A stretch of DNA of 49,275 nt from Candidatus Woesearchaeota archaeon (GTDB lineage: Archaea > Nanobdellota > Nanobdellia > Woesearchaeales > GW2011-AR4): contig JAGVYA010000021.1 in assembly GCA_018303505.1 (NCBI GenBank), positions 1-49,275 of the forward strand. The letters run 5' to 3'. The position numbers were made by a program, and so were the translations under genes. Positions 17,822 to 26,450 of the stretch are shown here, piece after piece (position 1 is the stretch's first letter; every line of letters begins with the position of its first letter). Under the pieces are notes generated by a model, which saw only the letters and a program-made list of their open reading frames with translations, had not been told where the DNA came from and did not search any database.

Positions 17822-18490
17822 TTACCTGCTGTTAAATAATTTCCACCAAAACATGTTCAAGACTATTTTTATTCCATCAATAATTGTCGTGCCTTTGTAC
17901 TTATCAGAGTATACTGTTTGTATCGGAATCTGCACATATTTTAATCTTTGCTTTCCAGCCCTTGATATCATTTCAGACTCCATTGAATAATCAGAGGCGT
18001 TCCATCTAATTTTTTTATAAGCCTCTCTTGAAAAAGCACGGAAGCCGCATTGTGTGTCATTTAAACTTATTCCATACAAAATGTTTACAACATTCGATAT
18101 AAACATGTTTCCAAATCTGAAGACAATAGGCATTTTGTTGCTCGCTTTTCTGTAGCTAAAAACAATATCGTACTTTTTTAATTTTTCTAAAAACCTCGGG
18201 ATGTCATCGGGATCATGCTGGGCATCAGCGTCCAATGCAATAATAAATTTTGCACCTTTTTTAACTGCTAAATCACAACCTGTTTTAAGCGCAGCACCTT
18301 TGCCAAGATTCACTATATGCCTAAGAACAATTGCGCCTGCTTTTTCTGCTGAAACTTTTGTTTTGTCTTTGCTGCCGTCGTCAACAACTGCCACATTGTT
18401 CACATATTTTTTTGTTTTTTTGACTATGCTGATTATATTACCTTCCTCATTATAAGCTGGAATTACAGCCCAAATATTGTTTATTTCCAT
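17822..18490 (-). CDS. Glycosyltransferase family 2 (DPM1-like)
   Basis: IPAYNEE, VDDGSKD, N.GKGAAL.TG, DADAQH, DTQCGFRA. Confidence 0.92.
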   Translation of the reverse strand: MEINNIWAVIPAYNEEGNIISIVKKTKKYVNNVAVVDDGSKDKTKVSAEKAGAIVLRHIVNLGKGAALKTGCDLAVKKGAKFIIALDADAQHDPDDIPRFLEKLKKYDIVFSYRKASNKMPIVFRFGNMFISNVVNILYGISLNDTQCGFRAFSREAYKKIRWNASDYSMESEMISRAGKQRLKYVQIPIQTVYSDKYKGTTIIDGIKIVLNMFWWKLFNSR

Positions 18491-21400
18491 TTAAGAATTT
18501 GTATTAGTTACGTTTGTATTGTTTTTTATTAAAGTTACATTTTCAATCATACTTTCTTCTTTAACTTGTTTTTTAAGATATGATTCAACAATTGTGGCAT
18601 TTTTGCCTTCCCAATCAATCTTGTAAGTATAGATATCTGTTCCTGTCAAACCACGCTGATGGTTAAATAATTTAAAATATTTAAGACCATGACCTTGCAT
18701 ATAAAACATTCTTGTGAACATTCCTCCTGTAAGTTCTTTGCTCGATAAAACAACATCAAGCTCATTTTCATTTCTTGGGATTACTGTCATACCAAAATCA
18801 AGAGTGCTGCCATTAAACTCCTTGAAAAACAAGCCCTCTTCTGTAGTAAATGCCACTATCCTCGGCCTTACAATGCCTTGCTGTCCAATTGCAAAAACAT
18901 CATAATTGCTCAAGTTGATTTGAAAACCATTGCCGCACACATAAATTTCTTTGTCATTTTTACTGCAGCTTGTTGTTCCGCCATAGCCTGGCCATGGAGC
19001 AACCCATGTGTTGGCTTCGCTATCACTCGAAATCGATTGCACCTCAAAATAAATGTTTTCTGCCGTTTCTCTTGTGTAATTGAACTTTTTTATCATGTAT
19101 TCAACTGCTTTCTCCTGAGGCATTTTTCTTGCATTTTGCCATATGTCAGCCCTTTCAAAATTCCAAGAGCCAAAATGGCTCCAAACACCGCTTTTGCCAA
19201 TCATGTCTTCAGACGCGATGAAATAAGCTTCAGGCGGGTTGCAATGCGTATATGAAAGGATTTTTTTAATCTGCTTGTCGCTAATTTTTAATCCTTTCAA
19301 TTCTTTCTCAGCCTGCTCATTGCCCATTAGGATTATTTTGTTTAACACTTTCAATGAAAGATGTGTGTCATTAAACACTTCGTCTATGGCTCTAAAGCCT
19401 TCATAGTTGCCGCAGTCCAGCATCCTCAAAATGCCAACAGCCTGCCTTTCGTCATTTATCATTAAAAGTTTCCCAACCCAGTGTGCAGCAGGTGATGTCT
19501 GGGTAGTTCCGTCAAAAGTTACTGGCCTGTCAGCTATAGCTTTAAAATGATGCCCAAAATCCCACCATGAAGTTATTATTGCATCATCGCTTGAGTTTTG
19601 CTTTATTGCAATTAGAGCATTATGCCATGCATCGTTAATGATAGGTATATCAGACCCAGCAGTACTTATAGCACCTCTAATAGGGTTAACATAAATCAAG
19701 AGCAATAATACAATTAAAACACTGCTGCCTATAGCTTTATGAATCTTAAATTCTTTTGTTAGCCATTTCGACAAATAAACATAAGCTTTTCCAAGAGCAA
19801 CACCAAATGCTACGCTAAAGGCAGGAGCTAGCAATAGAGTGAACCTAATGCCTTTTATACTCGCAAAAATAGTTGATATCACCCAAAGAGATAATAGTAT
19901 TGAAAGTTTGAAATCGTATGATGAATCTTTTTTGTAAGTAGAAATACCAATCCTTATCAAAATAGGCAGCATTATCCAAATTAACAAACCAACAACAGAT
20001 ATGTCAAAACCCAACTTTCTAAATAAAAAGTATGTGCCATAAAATACAATAGTACCAATTATGTAAATGAAATCAATTTTTTTTACTCCTTCGCTTCTAG
20101 ATATTGCCAGAGCTAACCCCACTAAACTTATGAAAAAAAGAAATGGGCCGCCAATTGAGTTTATTATGCCGTTAATTGAGCCTTCATTCAGCTCTGCAAC
20201 AGTTGTTAAGACATTTGGCCATAATGAAGCACTTACAGGAGCTTTAATTGATGGGAAGCTTAAAGGCCCAAGAAAGCTGTTTCTAAAAGTGGACCAACCT
20301 GAAAATAAAGTAGCAAATATTGCTGTCGATAAAAAATAAACAAAACCCACTATCAAAATATTTCGCAAAGCTAAATTTAAAAAAATAGATTTTATATTTC
20401 TTTTTATATTGTCAAAATTAACAAATATTAGATATAATAATGTAAAGAAAATTGTTGCAAGCAAAAAATCAAATATGTACCACCATCCACTCCAAGCAAA
20501 AGTATAAAGCCCCGTAAAAAAACCAGCAAGTAAGGCTAGAGATACAATTTTTAAGGTATTTTTAACGTCTATGGTTGCCGCAAATATCCAAGTGATTAGC
20601 AAAGGAAAGAAAATAACCCATACATCATTATCCGGGTGTAAGGTTCTTGATAGAAAAGCAGCATTAACTGCCATAATCATGCCTGCAAAAAATCCACCAG
20701 TATTACCTGCAATCTTTTTTGCGATTAAAAAAACAAGCAGTACGCACAATGCCGAAAAAAATACGATAAGGTAAAACATAGATTTCATTAATGTTAAACT
20801 AGGAGCAAAAAAATGCAGAAATTTGTAAAAATAAGCATATGCATATGAGGGGAACATGTCTGGAAATACGAATCTTCCAACTGGAGCTAGTTGATGATTG
20901 TCAAATGGTTTTCCTTCTTTTAATATGTCGCCCGGGTGCCCGTGCTCGACAATATTTTTTGCGTATCTGAACCAGTAATATGGGTCTATATCCGGCATGT
21001 AACTTTTTCCACTTTCGTCCTGAAAAAAACTTCTGAAATAATTTGAAGTTGCCTTTATCTGCTCATCAATCTGCCCCTTATTTTGGGCTAACACCTTCTG
21101 CAGTTCTGTATCAACAAGCGCATTTTTGTTAGCATCAGGCAAATTTGGATATTGCTGGTCAATTCCTGCCCTTATCTGTGATTTTATGCCGTTGATTACA
21201 CTATTTACTGCCCAGTCATCAGTTATCGGCAAGAATCCAGCCTGCATTCTGACATAGATTGAAAGAACTATTGGAATTAGCGCAAGAAAAACAATGCCAT
21301 ATTTTTTGAAGAAATCAATAACATTAGTCCAGTTTACAGATATTTCTTCACCAATTTCTTTTGTTTCTTCTTCGCTAGATTTAAAAATTTTTTTAACCTT

Positions 21401-21667
21401 GCCAAAGTCAAAAGACAATTCCATGTCCTCGTCATCTTTTGTGATGTGTCCTGCTTTTGTTTCTTCTTTTTTTTCACCTTTAAATAAATTTTTTATCTTA
21501 CCGAAATCAATGGCTATATCATCATCTTCTTTTTCTACTTTTGCAGAGTCTTCTATAGCTTTTATATTTTCATCTATATTCTTGTCATCTTCTTTCTTAT
21601 CGCTTTTAAAGAACTTTTTTATCTTGCCAAAGTCGATAGATATCTCTTCATCTTCTTTTGGATCCAT
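18491..21667 (-). CDS. aglB: Oligosaccharyltransferase AglB (STT3 family)
   Basis: DIDPYY, DND, TVAEL, RF, SWWDFGH, DG, DMIGK; multi-TM N-terminal half. Confidence 0.95.
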   Translation of the reverse strand: MDPKEDEEISIDFGKIKKFFKSDKKEDDKNIDENIKAIEDSAKVEKEDDDIAIDFGKIKNLFKGEKKEETKAGHITKDDEDMELSFDFGKVKKIFKSSEEETKEIGEEISVNWTNVIDFFKKYGIVFLALIPIVLSIYVRMQAGFLPITDDWAVNSVINGIKSQIRAGIDQQYPNLPDANKNALVDTELQKVLAQNKGQIDEQIKATSNYFRSFFQDESGKSYMPDIDPYYWFRYAKNIVEHGHPGDILKEGKPFDNHQLAPVGRFVFPDMFPSYAYAYFYKFLHFFAPSLTLMKSMFYLIVFFSALCVLLVFLIAKKIAGNTGGFFAGMIMAVNAAFLSRTLHPDNDVWVIFFPLLITWIFAATIDVKNTLKIVSLALLAGFFTGLYTFAWSGWWYIFDFLLATIFFTLLYLIFVNFDNIKRNIKSIFLNLALRNILIVGFVYFLSTAIFATLFSGWSTFRNSFLGPLSFPSIKAPVSASLWPNVLTTVAELNEGSINGIINSIGGPFLFFISLVGLALAISRSEGVKKIDFIYIIGTIVFYGTYFLFRKLGFDISVVGLLIWIMLPILIRIGISTYKKDSSYDFKLSILLSLWVISTIFASIKGIRFTLLLAPAFSVAFGVALGKAYVYLSKWLTKEFKIHKAIGSSVLIVLLLLIYVNPIRGAISTAGSDIPIINDAWHNALIAIKQNSSDDAIITSWWDFGHHFKAIADRPVTFDGTTQTSPAAHWVGKLLMINDERQAVGILRMLDCGNYEGFRAIDEVFNDTHLSLKVLNKIILMGNEQAEKELKGLKISDKQIKKILSYTHCNPPEAYFIASEDMIGKSGVWSHFGSWNFERADIWQNARKMPQEKAVEYMIKKFNYTRETAENIYFEVQSISSDSEANTWVAPWPGYGGTTSCSKNDKEIYVCGNGFQINLSNYDVFAIGQQGIVRPRIVAFTTEEGLFFKEFNGSTLDFGMTVIPRNENELDVVLSSKELTGGMFTRMFYMQGHGLKYFKLFNHQRGLTGTDIYTYKIDWEGKNATIVESYLKKQVKEESMIENVTLIKNNTNVTNTNS

Positions 21668-21718
21668 AAGTTGTGACCACCTCTCTGAAGGTAAAGAGCG
21701 CTTTTTAAAAAGCTTTTG

Positions 21719-22810
21719 CTAAGCAAAAAGTATCTTTGAGAAGTATAAAAATCTTGGCTCTTTAAACAATAGATTGGTAACCAAAGGTATTGGAGTGTCT
21801 CTATCGTATTTTTTTAATATTTTTCTTACTTTTTCCTGGCTCATTAGATTGAGCAGTTTGTTGTAATCCTTGTCAGAGAACTTATTTAGCATATTTCTGA
21901 TCCTTAAATGCAAAAGAAGCTCCTTTCCAGATTGTTTTTTGAATTCCTTATTGTAGTCTTTTTTGTTGGTAATGCAATCGCATAATGTTTGCGCAGCTTT
22001 TAAAGAAGGGATTATCCCGCCGCCGGTGGTTGCTTTAACTTGCGCAGCCGCATCCCCAATTAAATAAACATTATCTTTTTGTATGATCTTTTTTGGGTTG
22101 TACAATGGTATCAAGCCGGATTCCCAGCATAAAACATCTTTTTTGCCAGTTCTGCTTTTCAAGAATTTGTAAAAGTGCTGTTGTGCATTTTCGAAGCAGC
22201 CAATGCCAAGCCTTGCAGTATCATCACTTTCGGGCACGCACCACCCAAAAAAGTTTGGAAAATCATTTCCAAAGTATGTTTCAAATGCTGTTGTGTCCAT
22301 TGCAAGCTTTACTTTTGCCTGCATACCTATATAATTTTTTGGGCTTGAATCAATGCCAGCTGCCTTTGCAACAGCAGAATAAGGGCCATCAGCTCCTACA
22401 AGTATACCGGCATTTAGTTTTTTTATTTTATCATTTTTTTTGTTTTTCACCTTGATTGAATTTTTCCCGTCAAAACCCAGAAATTGATGATTAAGCAAAA
22501 TTTCAGCTCCTGCGTCTTCTGCCATTCCTGCCACAAACCTATCAAATTTATCGCGCCACATCACTATTTCATCGACATTTACAGTTATTTTGTTGTTTTT
22601 GCTCACAACAATTACTTTATCAAGCCTTTTCGCTATCACATCATTTCTAAGCTTGAAGAACTTTTCAATAGAATGTGTGACAATGCCAGTGCATTGTACA
22701 GGTGAGCCAACTTGGCTATGCTCTTCCAAAATTGTCACTTCCTTGCCCTGCTTTGCCAGCAAATAACCTAGGTAGCTGCCTGCAGGACCAGCACCAACTA
22801 TTGCTATCAT
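21719..22810 (-). CDS. Geranylgeranyl reductase family FAD-dependent oxidoreductase
   Basis: GAGPAG, P.QCTG, R..FD, GADG, FGWCVP, IGDAA......GGGI. Confidence 0.85.
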   Translation of the reverse strand: MIAIVGAGPAGSYLGYLLAKQGKEVTILEEHSQVGSPVQCTGIVTHSIEKFFKLRNDVIAKRLDKVIVVSKNNKITVNVDEIVMWRDKFDRFVAGMAEDAGAEILLNHQFLGFDGKNSIKVKNKKNDKIKKLNAGILVGADGPYSAVAKAAGIDSSPKNYIGMQAKVKLAMDTTAFETYFGNDFPNFFGWCVPESDDTARLGIGCFENAQQHFYKFLKSRTGKKDVLCWESGLIPLYNPKKIIQKDNVYLIGDAAAQVKATTGGGIIPSLKAAQTLCDCITNKKDYNKEFKKQSGKELLLHLRIRNMLNKFSDKDYNKLLNLMSQEKVRKILKKYDRDTPIPLVTNLLFKEPRFLYFSKILFA

Positions 22811-22955
22811 GGCTTTTTGGTAAATTTGCCCAATTTATATAGGTAATGCCCTGTATGCATAAATAAAGCCAAAATTGTACCTACTCTCCAATAACGAAAA
22901 CTTTAAAAAGGGTCATATACTACCACATAACTAAGTATTTGGGGTTGATTATTTA

Positions 22956-24626
22956 ATGAACAAGAAAATTTTTGGTTTGACAGCATTTTTGCTTGTACTT
23001 GTCTCTTTATTCAGCGCTATTGGCTATGCCGATGTTTTTGGCAATGCAGGTGATGTTTCTATTGACAGGGTTAAGGCAAATGGCAAAGTCCTTGCAGAAG
23101 GCAGAACAAACTTCTTAGAGGACGAAGATGAGATTGATTTGCAAATAAGCCTTACAGCTACAGAGGATGTAAGCAATATACATGTCGAAGCTATTTTGAC
23201 AGATTTGAAAACAGGCAACACAGTTGCTGACTCAACAGGCACTTTTACTTTGAAGACAAATCAAAGCACTCTTGTAGCTTTGAACATGAAGCTTATTGAT
23301 GTTCTAAAAAGACAAAAAGACTTCAGGCTTGAAGTGAGGGTTGTGGACGTAAAAGGAGGTACAGAGCAGAAATCATATGGCATAAAATTTACAGGCGGCG
23401 CTGGCGGAGGCGCAAGAGAAGAGCTTGACATTTCAATTGACAGCGTTGAGCTTGAAGGTGATGCTTTGGCAGAAAATGAAAATAATTTTGTTGTTATAGA
23501 CAAAGGAGAGAAAAAGCTTAATTTAAAAGTAAGGTTGACAGCTCTTGAGAATGTTGAAGATGCTCATATCGATGCAGTTCTTGCTTTTGAAAATGGAGAT
23601 GTAGTTGCTGATGCAACAACAACATTTGACATTGCTGATGGAGAAAATGCTGTTAAAGAGCTTGAGTTGAGTTTGCCTGTTAAATTTGAGCAGAGCAATT
23701 TTAGGCTTAAGGTAAAAGTTGTTGATGCAGAAGGCGACTCAGAAGAAAAGTTATACGGCTTGAAAATAAGCCAAAAGAAGTTCCCATTTGTTATAAGCAG
23801 CATTTCATTAACACCCGATAATGCGGAAGCGGGCAAAAATCTTATTGCTAGATTAAGCTTCAAAAACAGCGGTGTTGTTCCGCTCGAAGGCATCAATGCA
23901 AAAGTCAGCATTCCCGAGCTTGGCATTTCATCCACAAAATTTGTTGACCAGATAAAAAATAGCAACAAGCTCTCTGAAATAAGGGAAGATTTCATACTCA
24001 AAATTTTGGATAACACCCCAACAGGAACTTATACACTGAAATCAGAGATATCCTCGCAGTTTGGTAGCGATAGTGAAGTCAAGGAACTGCCAGTTTTTAT
24101 CCTTGGCAAAAGCGAGCAAAGCATGCAGATAGTCAACGACAAGTTAGTCATTAATATTCCAATAGTAAATCAAGACATTTATAATGACGGCAGCGAGGTT
24201 ATATACCCTTTTATTCTGACAAATGAAGGTCCAGACGCAAATAGCTATACATTGCTGCTGGACGGGGCAAACTGGGCTGATTTAAGGTTAAGTGAATCAA
24301 ATGCATTTGTTATAAAACCAAAAGAGTCCAAGACAATAAATATTTTTGCTTCAACAAATGCAAATGCAATAGGCGAGCAGATATTTTTGGTTACAATAAA
24401 AAGCAACGACAAGATTTTAAAGCAGGTTCCGTTAAAAGGAAATGTTATTGCTGCAAAAGGCATGTCAATTGCCAAATTAAAGAATATTTTGGAAATAGTA
24501 TTGATAGGAATTGCTATTTTCCTTGTCGCAATGGGCTTATTTTTCGGCATTAAAAAATACATAGAGAGCAATGGCAGCGAAGAAGAAAGCGAGATGCCAA
24601 GCATGGAAAGTGAATCTTATTATTGA
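22956..24626 (+). CDS. Secreted, C-terminally anchored surface protein with Ig-like repeats
   Basis: Signal peptide, two ~125-aa internal repeats (D.SID.V...G..LAE...NF...LTA.E.V...H..A.L...VAD.T.TF), a CARDB-like segment and a C-terminal TM helix. Confidence 0.7.
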   Translation: MNKKIFGLTAFLLVLVSLFSAIGYADVFGNAGDVSIDRVKANGKVLAEGRTNFLEDEDEIDLQISLTATEDVSNIHVEAILTDLKTGNTVADSTGTFTLKTNQSTLVALNMKLIDVLKRQKDFRLEVRVVDVKGGTEQKSYGIKFTGGAGGGAREELDISIDSVELEGDALAENENNFVVIDKGEKKLNLKVRLTALENVEDAHIDAVLAFENGDVVADATTTFDIADGENAVKELELSLPVKFEQSNFRLKVKVVDAEGDSEEKLYGLKISQKKFPFVISSISLTPDNAEAGKNLIARLSFKNSGVVPLEGINAKVSIPELGISSTKFVDQIKNSNKLSEIREDFILKILDNTPTGTYTLKSEISSQFGSDSEVKELPVFILGKSEQSMQIVNDKLVINIPIVNQDIYNDGSEVIYPFILTNEGPDANSYTLLLDGANWADLRLSESNAFVIKPKESKTINIFASTNANAIGEQIFLVTIKSNDKILKQVPLKGNVIAAKGMSIAKLKNILEIVLIGIAIFLVAMGLFFGIKKYIESNGSEEESEMPSMESESYY

Positions 24627-24682
24627 TTGTCCTGATTCTTTTTTATATTATTAGTTGAATTCATCCTCTAGGGAAACTATTC

Positions 24683-26230
24683 ATGAACACAAACAAAAAG
24701 GCATTAATTGTTTTTGTTGTATTCCTATATCTAATTAGTTTTGTTTATGCTCAAGATTACGCCTTATTCTCTGGCAAATTTTACGAACTAAAGCAAGGAG
24801 AGGAAAAAATAGAATTTGAATTTTATAATGGAACTTATAACATCTGTGAAAGCGAGGAAAAATCAGTGTCAATCCTAGTTGTCAATAAAGAGGCTATTGA
24901 CAACAGCTACAGGCTGGATGCATCAGGAGTTAGCTGGGCCAGCCTAAATGTTCAGGAATTTTCATTGCCTAAAAAGCAAAGCGGTGTTATTTTTTTGGAA
25001 TTAAGCCCGGGCTCGAATACAAACGGCAAATATACTGTCGGAGTCAATTCTTTATCCTCTATTGGAAATGTAAGAAAAAACTTGAATTTGAATGTAAATG
25101 TGGAAAAATGCCATTCTTTAAAATTGGAGATACAAGACGAAGACAAGGTTTGCGGCGGGACAAAAAAGCAATATGATGGTGAAATAATCAATGACGGAAA
25201 GCAAAAAATTGATGTTGATTTAAACTTGAATGCTCCGAATTGGGTTAATCTAGACGACAATTCTTTTTCAATTGCTCCAAATGACAAAGAAAAGTTTGAA
25301 TTAAATGCGGATATTCCAGCAAATGCAAAAGGCATTTTTAAATTGGTGGTGGGTGCAGTAATACAAGATTTACCCTCAATAAAAACAGAAAAAAAACTAA
25401 GCATAGAAGTTGTCCCAAAATACGACTGCTATAAAGCTGATGCAATAAGCGATGAAAAAATTGTAAATTCTTATTCAAACGAGTTTGTTCCAATAAAAAT
25501 CAGAAACAGCGGCATAAAGCAAGCGAATTACGAGATTGTTATAGAAGCCCCAAGCTGGGTTTCTATAGAACCCAATAAACTCATAATAAATTCAGAACAA
25601 ACTGGAAATATAAATCTTCAAATAAATCCAAGTTTTGAAATCCCAGAAGGAAATTATCCAATAAAAATTCATGTAAAATTTGATGATGTTGCATATCCAA
25701 AAAATATTGAAATTGTTTTAAGTAAAAATATTTTTTTAAAGAAATTTAAATCATTTTCAGTTTTTTACCAATATTATATCTACGTTTTGCTACTCATTGC
25801 AATTATTTTATTTATCTTCAGGCGGCAAATATCAAACAAAATTAAAATTTATTATAAAAATTATAAAATAAAACAAGCGAGGTTAAGGGCTTTAAAAGCA
25901 GCAAGAAAAGCAAGACGGCTGAAAATACAGCTTAAAAAGCTTGAAAAAGCGCAATTAGAAGTCAAAAAAATAGATAAATTCAGAAGGAAATGGATTTCAG
26001 TTGTGAGCGAGTTCACTTCGCTCACTCGCATTCGACTGTTTTTTATTGCAGTAATCGGAGCTGTTTTAATCTTATTTTTTTCAATTTACCAATATAATTT
26101 TCCTGTTTCAAAAGATTTCGTTAAAAGTTATTATGTTTATTTTATTGCAGGAATTTTAATCTCAATTTTTATCATTTTTTTAATCGAGTTCTATAAGCCG
26201 TTGTTTAAATTGTTGAAGAAAATAAGATAA
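24683..26230 (+). CDS. Secreted/membrane-anchored protein with three beta-sandwich repeats and C-terminal TM helices
   Basis: Signal peptide, repeated N.G...Y....P.W motifs, then TM, basic coil and 2 TM. Carries an in-frame palindromic insertion. Confidence 0.7.
   Translation: MNTNKKALIVFVVFLYLISFVYAQDYALFSGKFYELKQGEEKIEFEFYNGTYNICESEEKSVSILVVNKEAIDNSYRLDASGVSWASLNVQEFSLPKKQSGVIFLELSPGSNTNGKYTVGVNSLSSIGNVRKNLNLNVNVEKCHSLKLEIQDEDKVCGGTKKQYDGEIINDGKQKIDVDLNLNAPNWVNLDDNSFSIAPNDKEKFELNADIPANAKGIFKLVVGAVIQDLPSIKTEKKLSIEVVPKYDCYKADAISDEKIVNSYSNEFVPIKIRNSGIKQANYEIVIEAPSWVSIEPNKLIINSEQTGNINLQINPSFEIPEGNYPIKIHVKFDDVAYPKNIEIVLSKNIFLKKFKSFSVFYQYYIYVLLLIAIILFIFRRQISNKIKIYYKNYKIKQARLRALKAARKARRLKIQLKKLEKAQLEVKKIDKFRRKWISVVSEFTSLTRIRLFFIAVIGAVLILFFSIYQYNFPVSKDFVKSYYVYFIAGILISIFIIFLIEFYKPLFKLLKKIR
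25999..26037 (-). repeat. 39-bp palindromic element (copy A), in-frame inside CDS 24683..26230
   Basis: Minus strand agtcgaatgcgagtgagc-gaagt-gaactcgctcacaact matches copies at 39059, 47636 and 49182. Confidence 0.8.
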
Positions 26231-26237
26231 ATAAAAG

Positions 26238-26388
26238 TGGGGACGCGAGGATTTGAACCCCGATTTCGGCTCTATGCAATTTCTTGCAAAAGATCAGCCG
26301 GTATCGCCATAATATAATTCATTGTCTTGCGACTCATTTTTCCAGTTAACTGGAGCCGGCGATAATAGCCAGGTTATACGACGTCCCC
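26238..26388 (-). tRNA. tRNA-Trp(CCA) with a canonical 47-nt intron (26349-26303) and a probable second 30-nt intron at 45/46 (26294-26265)
   Basis: Acceptor stem GGGGACG/CGTCCCC-A, anticodon stem GCCGG/CCGGC, loop CT-CCA-G|A, T arm CGGGG-TTCAAAT-CCTCG. TATA tttatataa about 25 nt upstream. CCA end not encoded. Confidence 0.9.
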
Positions 26389-26450
26389 ATCAACGTTTAG
26401 AATTGATTATCGTTATATAAAGATTGTTGTTTTATTATTTTATTACTGAA

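Noticed and set aside
21678-21698. ~20-nt similarity between the aglB leader (acctctctgaaggtaaaga) and the endonuclease leader (acctttctgaaggaaagga, 12370-12388)
   Set aside because: Short and imperfect; the aglB copy is partly explained by its GAGGTG RBS, so it is plausibly chance.
26303-26349. Box C/D guide RNA in the tRNA-Trp intron
   Set aside because: No RUGAUGA or CUGA boxes inside this 47-nt intron; only a short antisense CUGGA remains.
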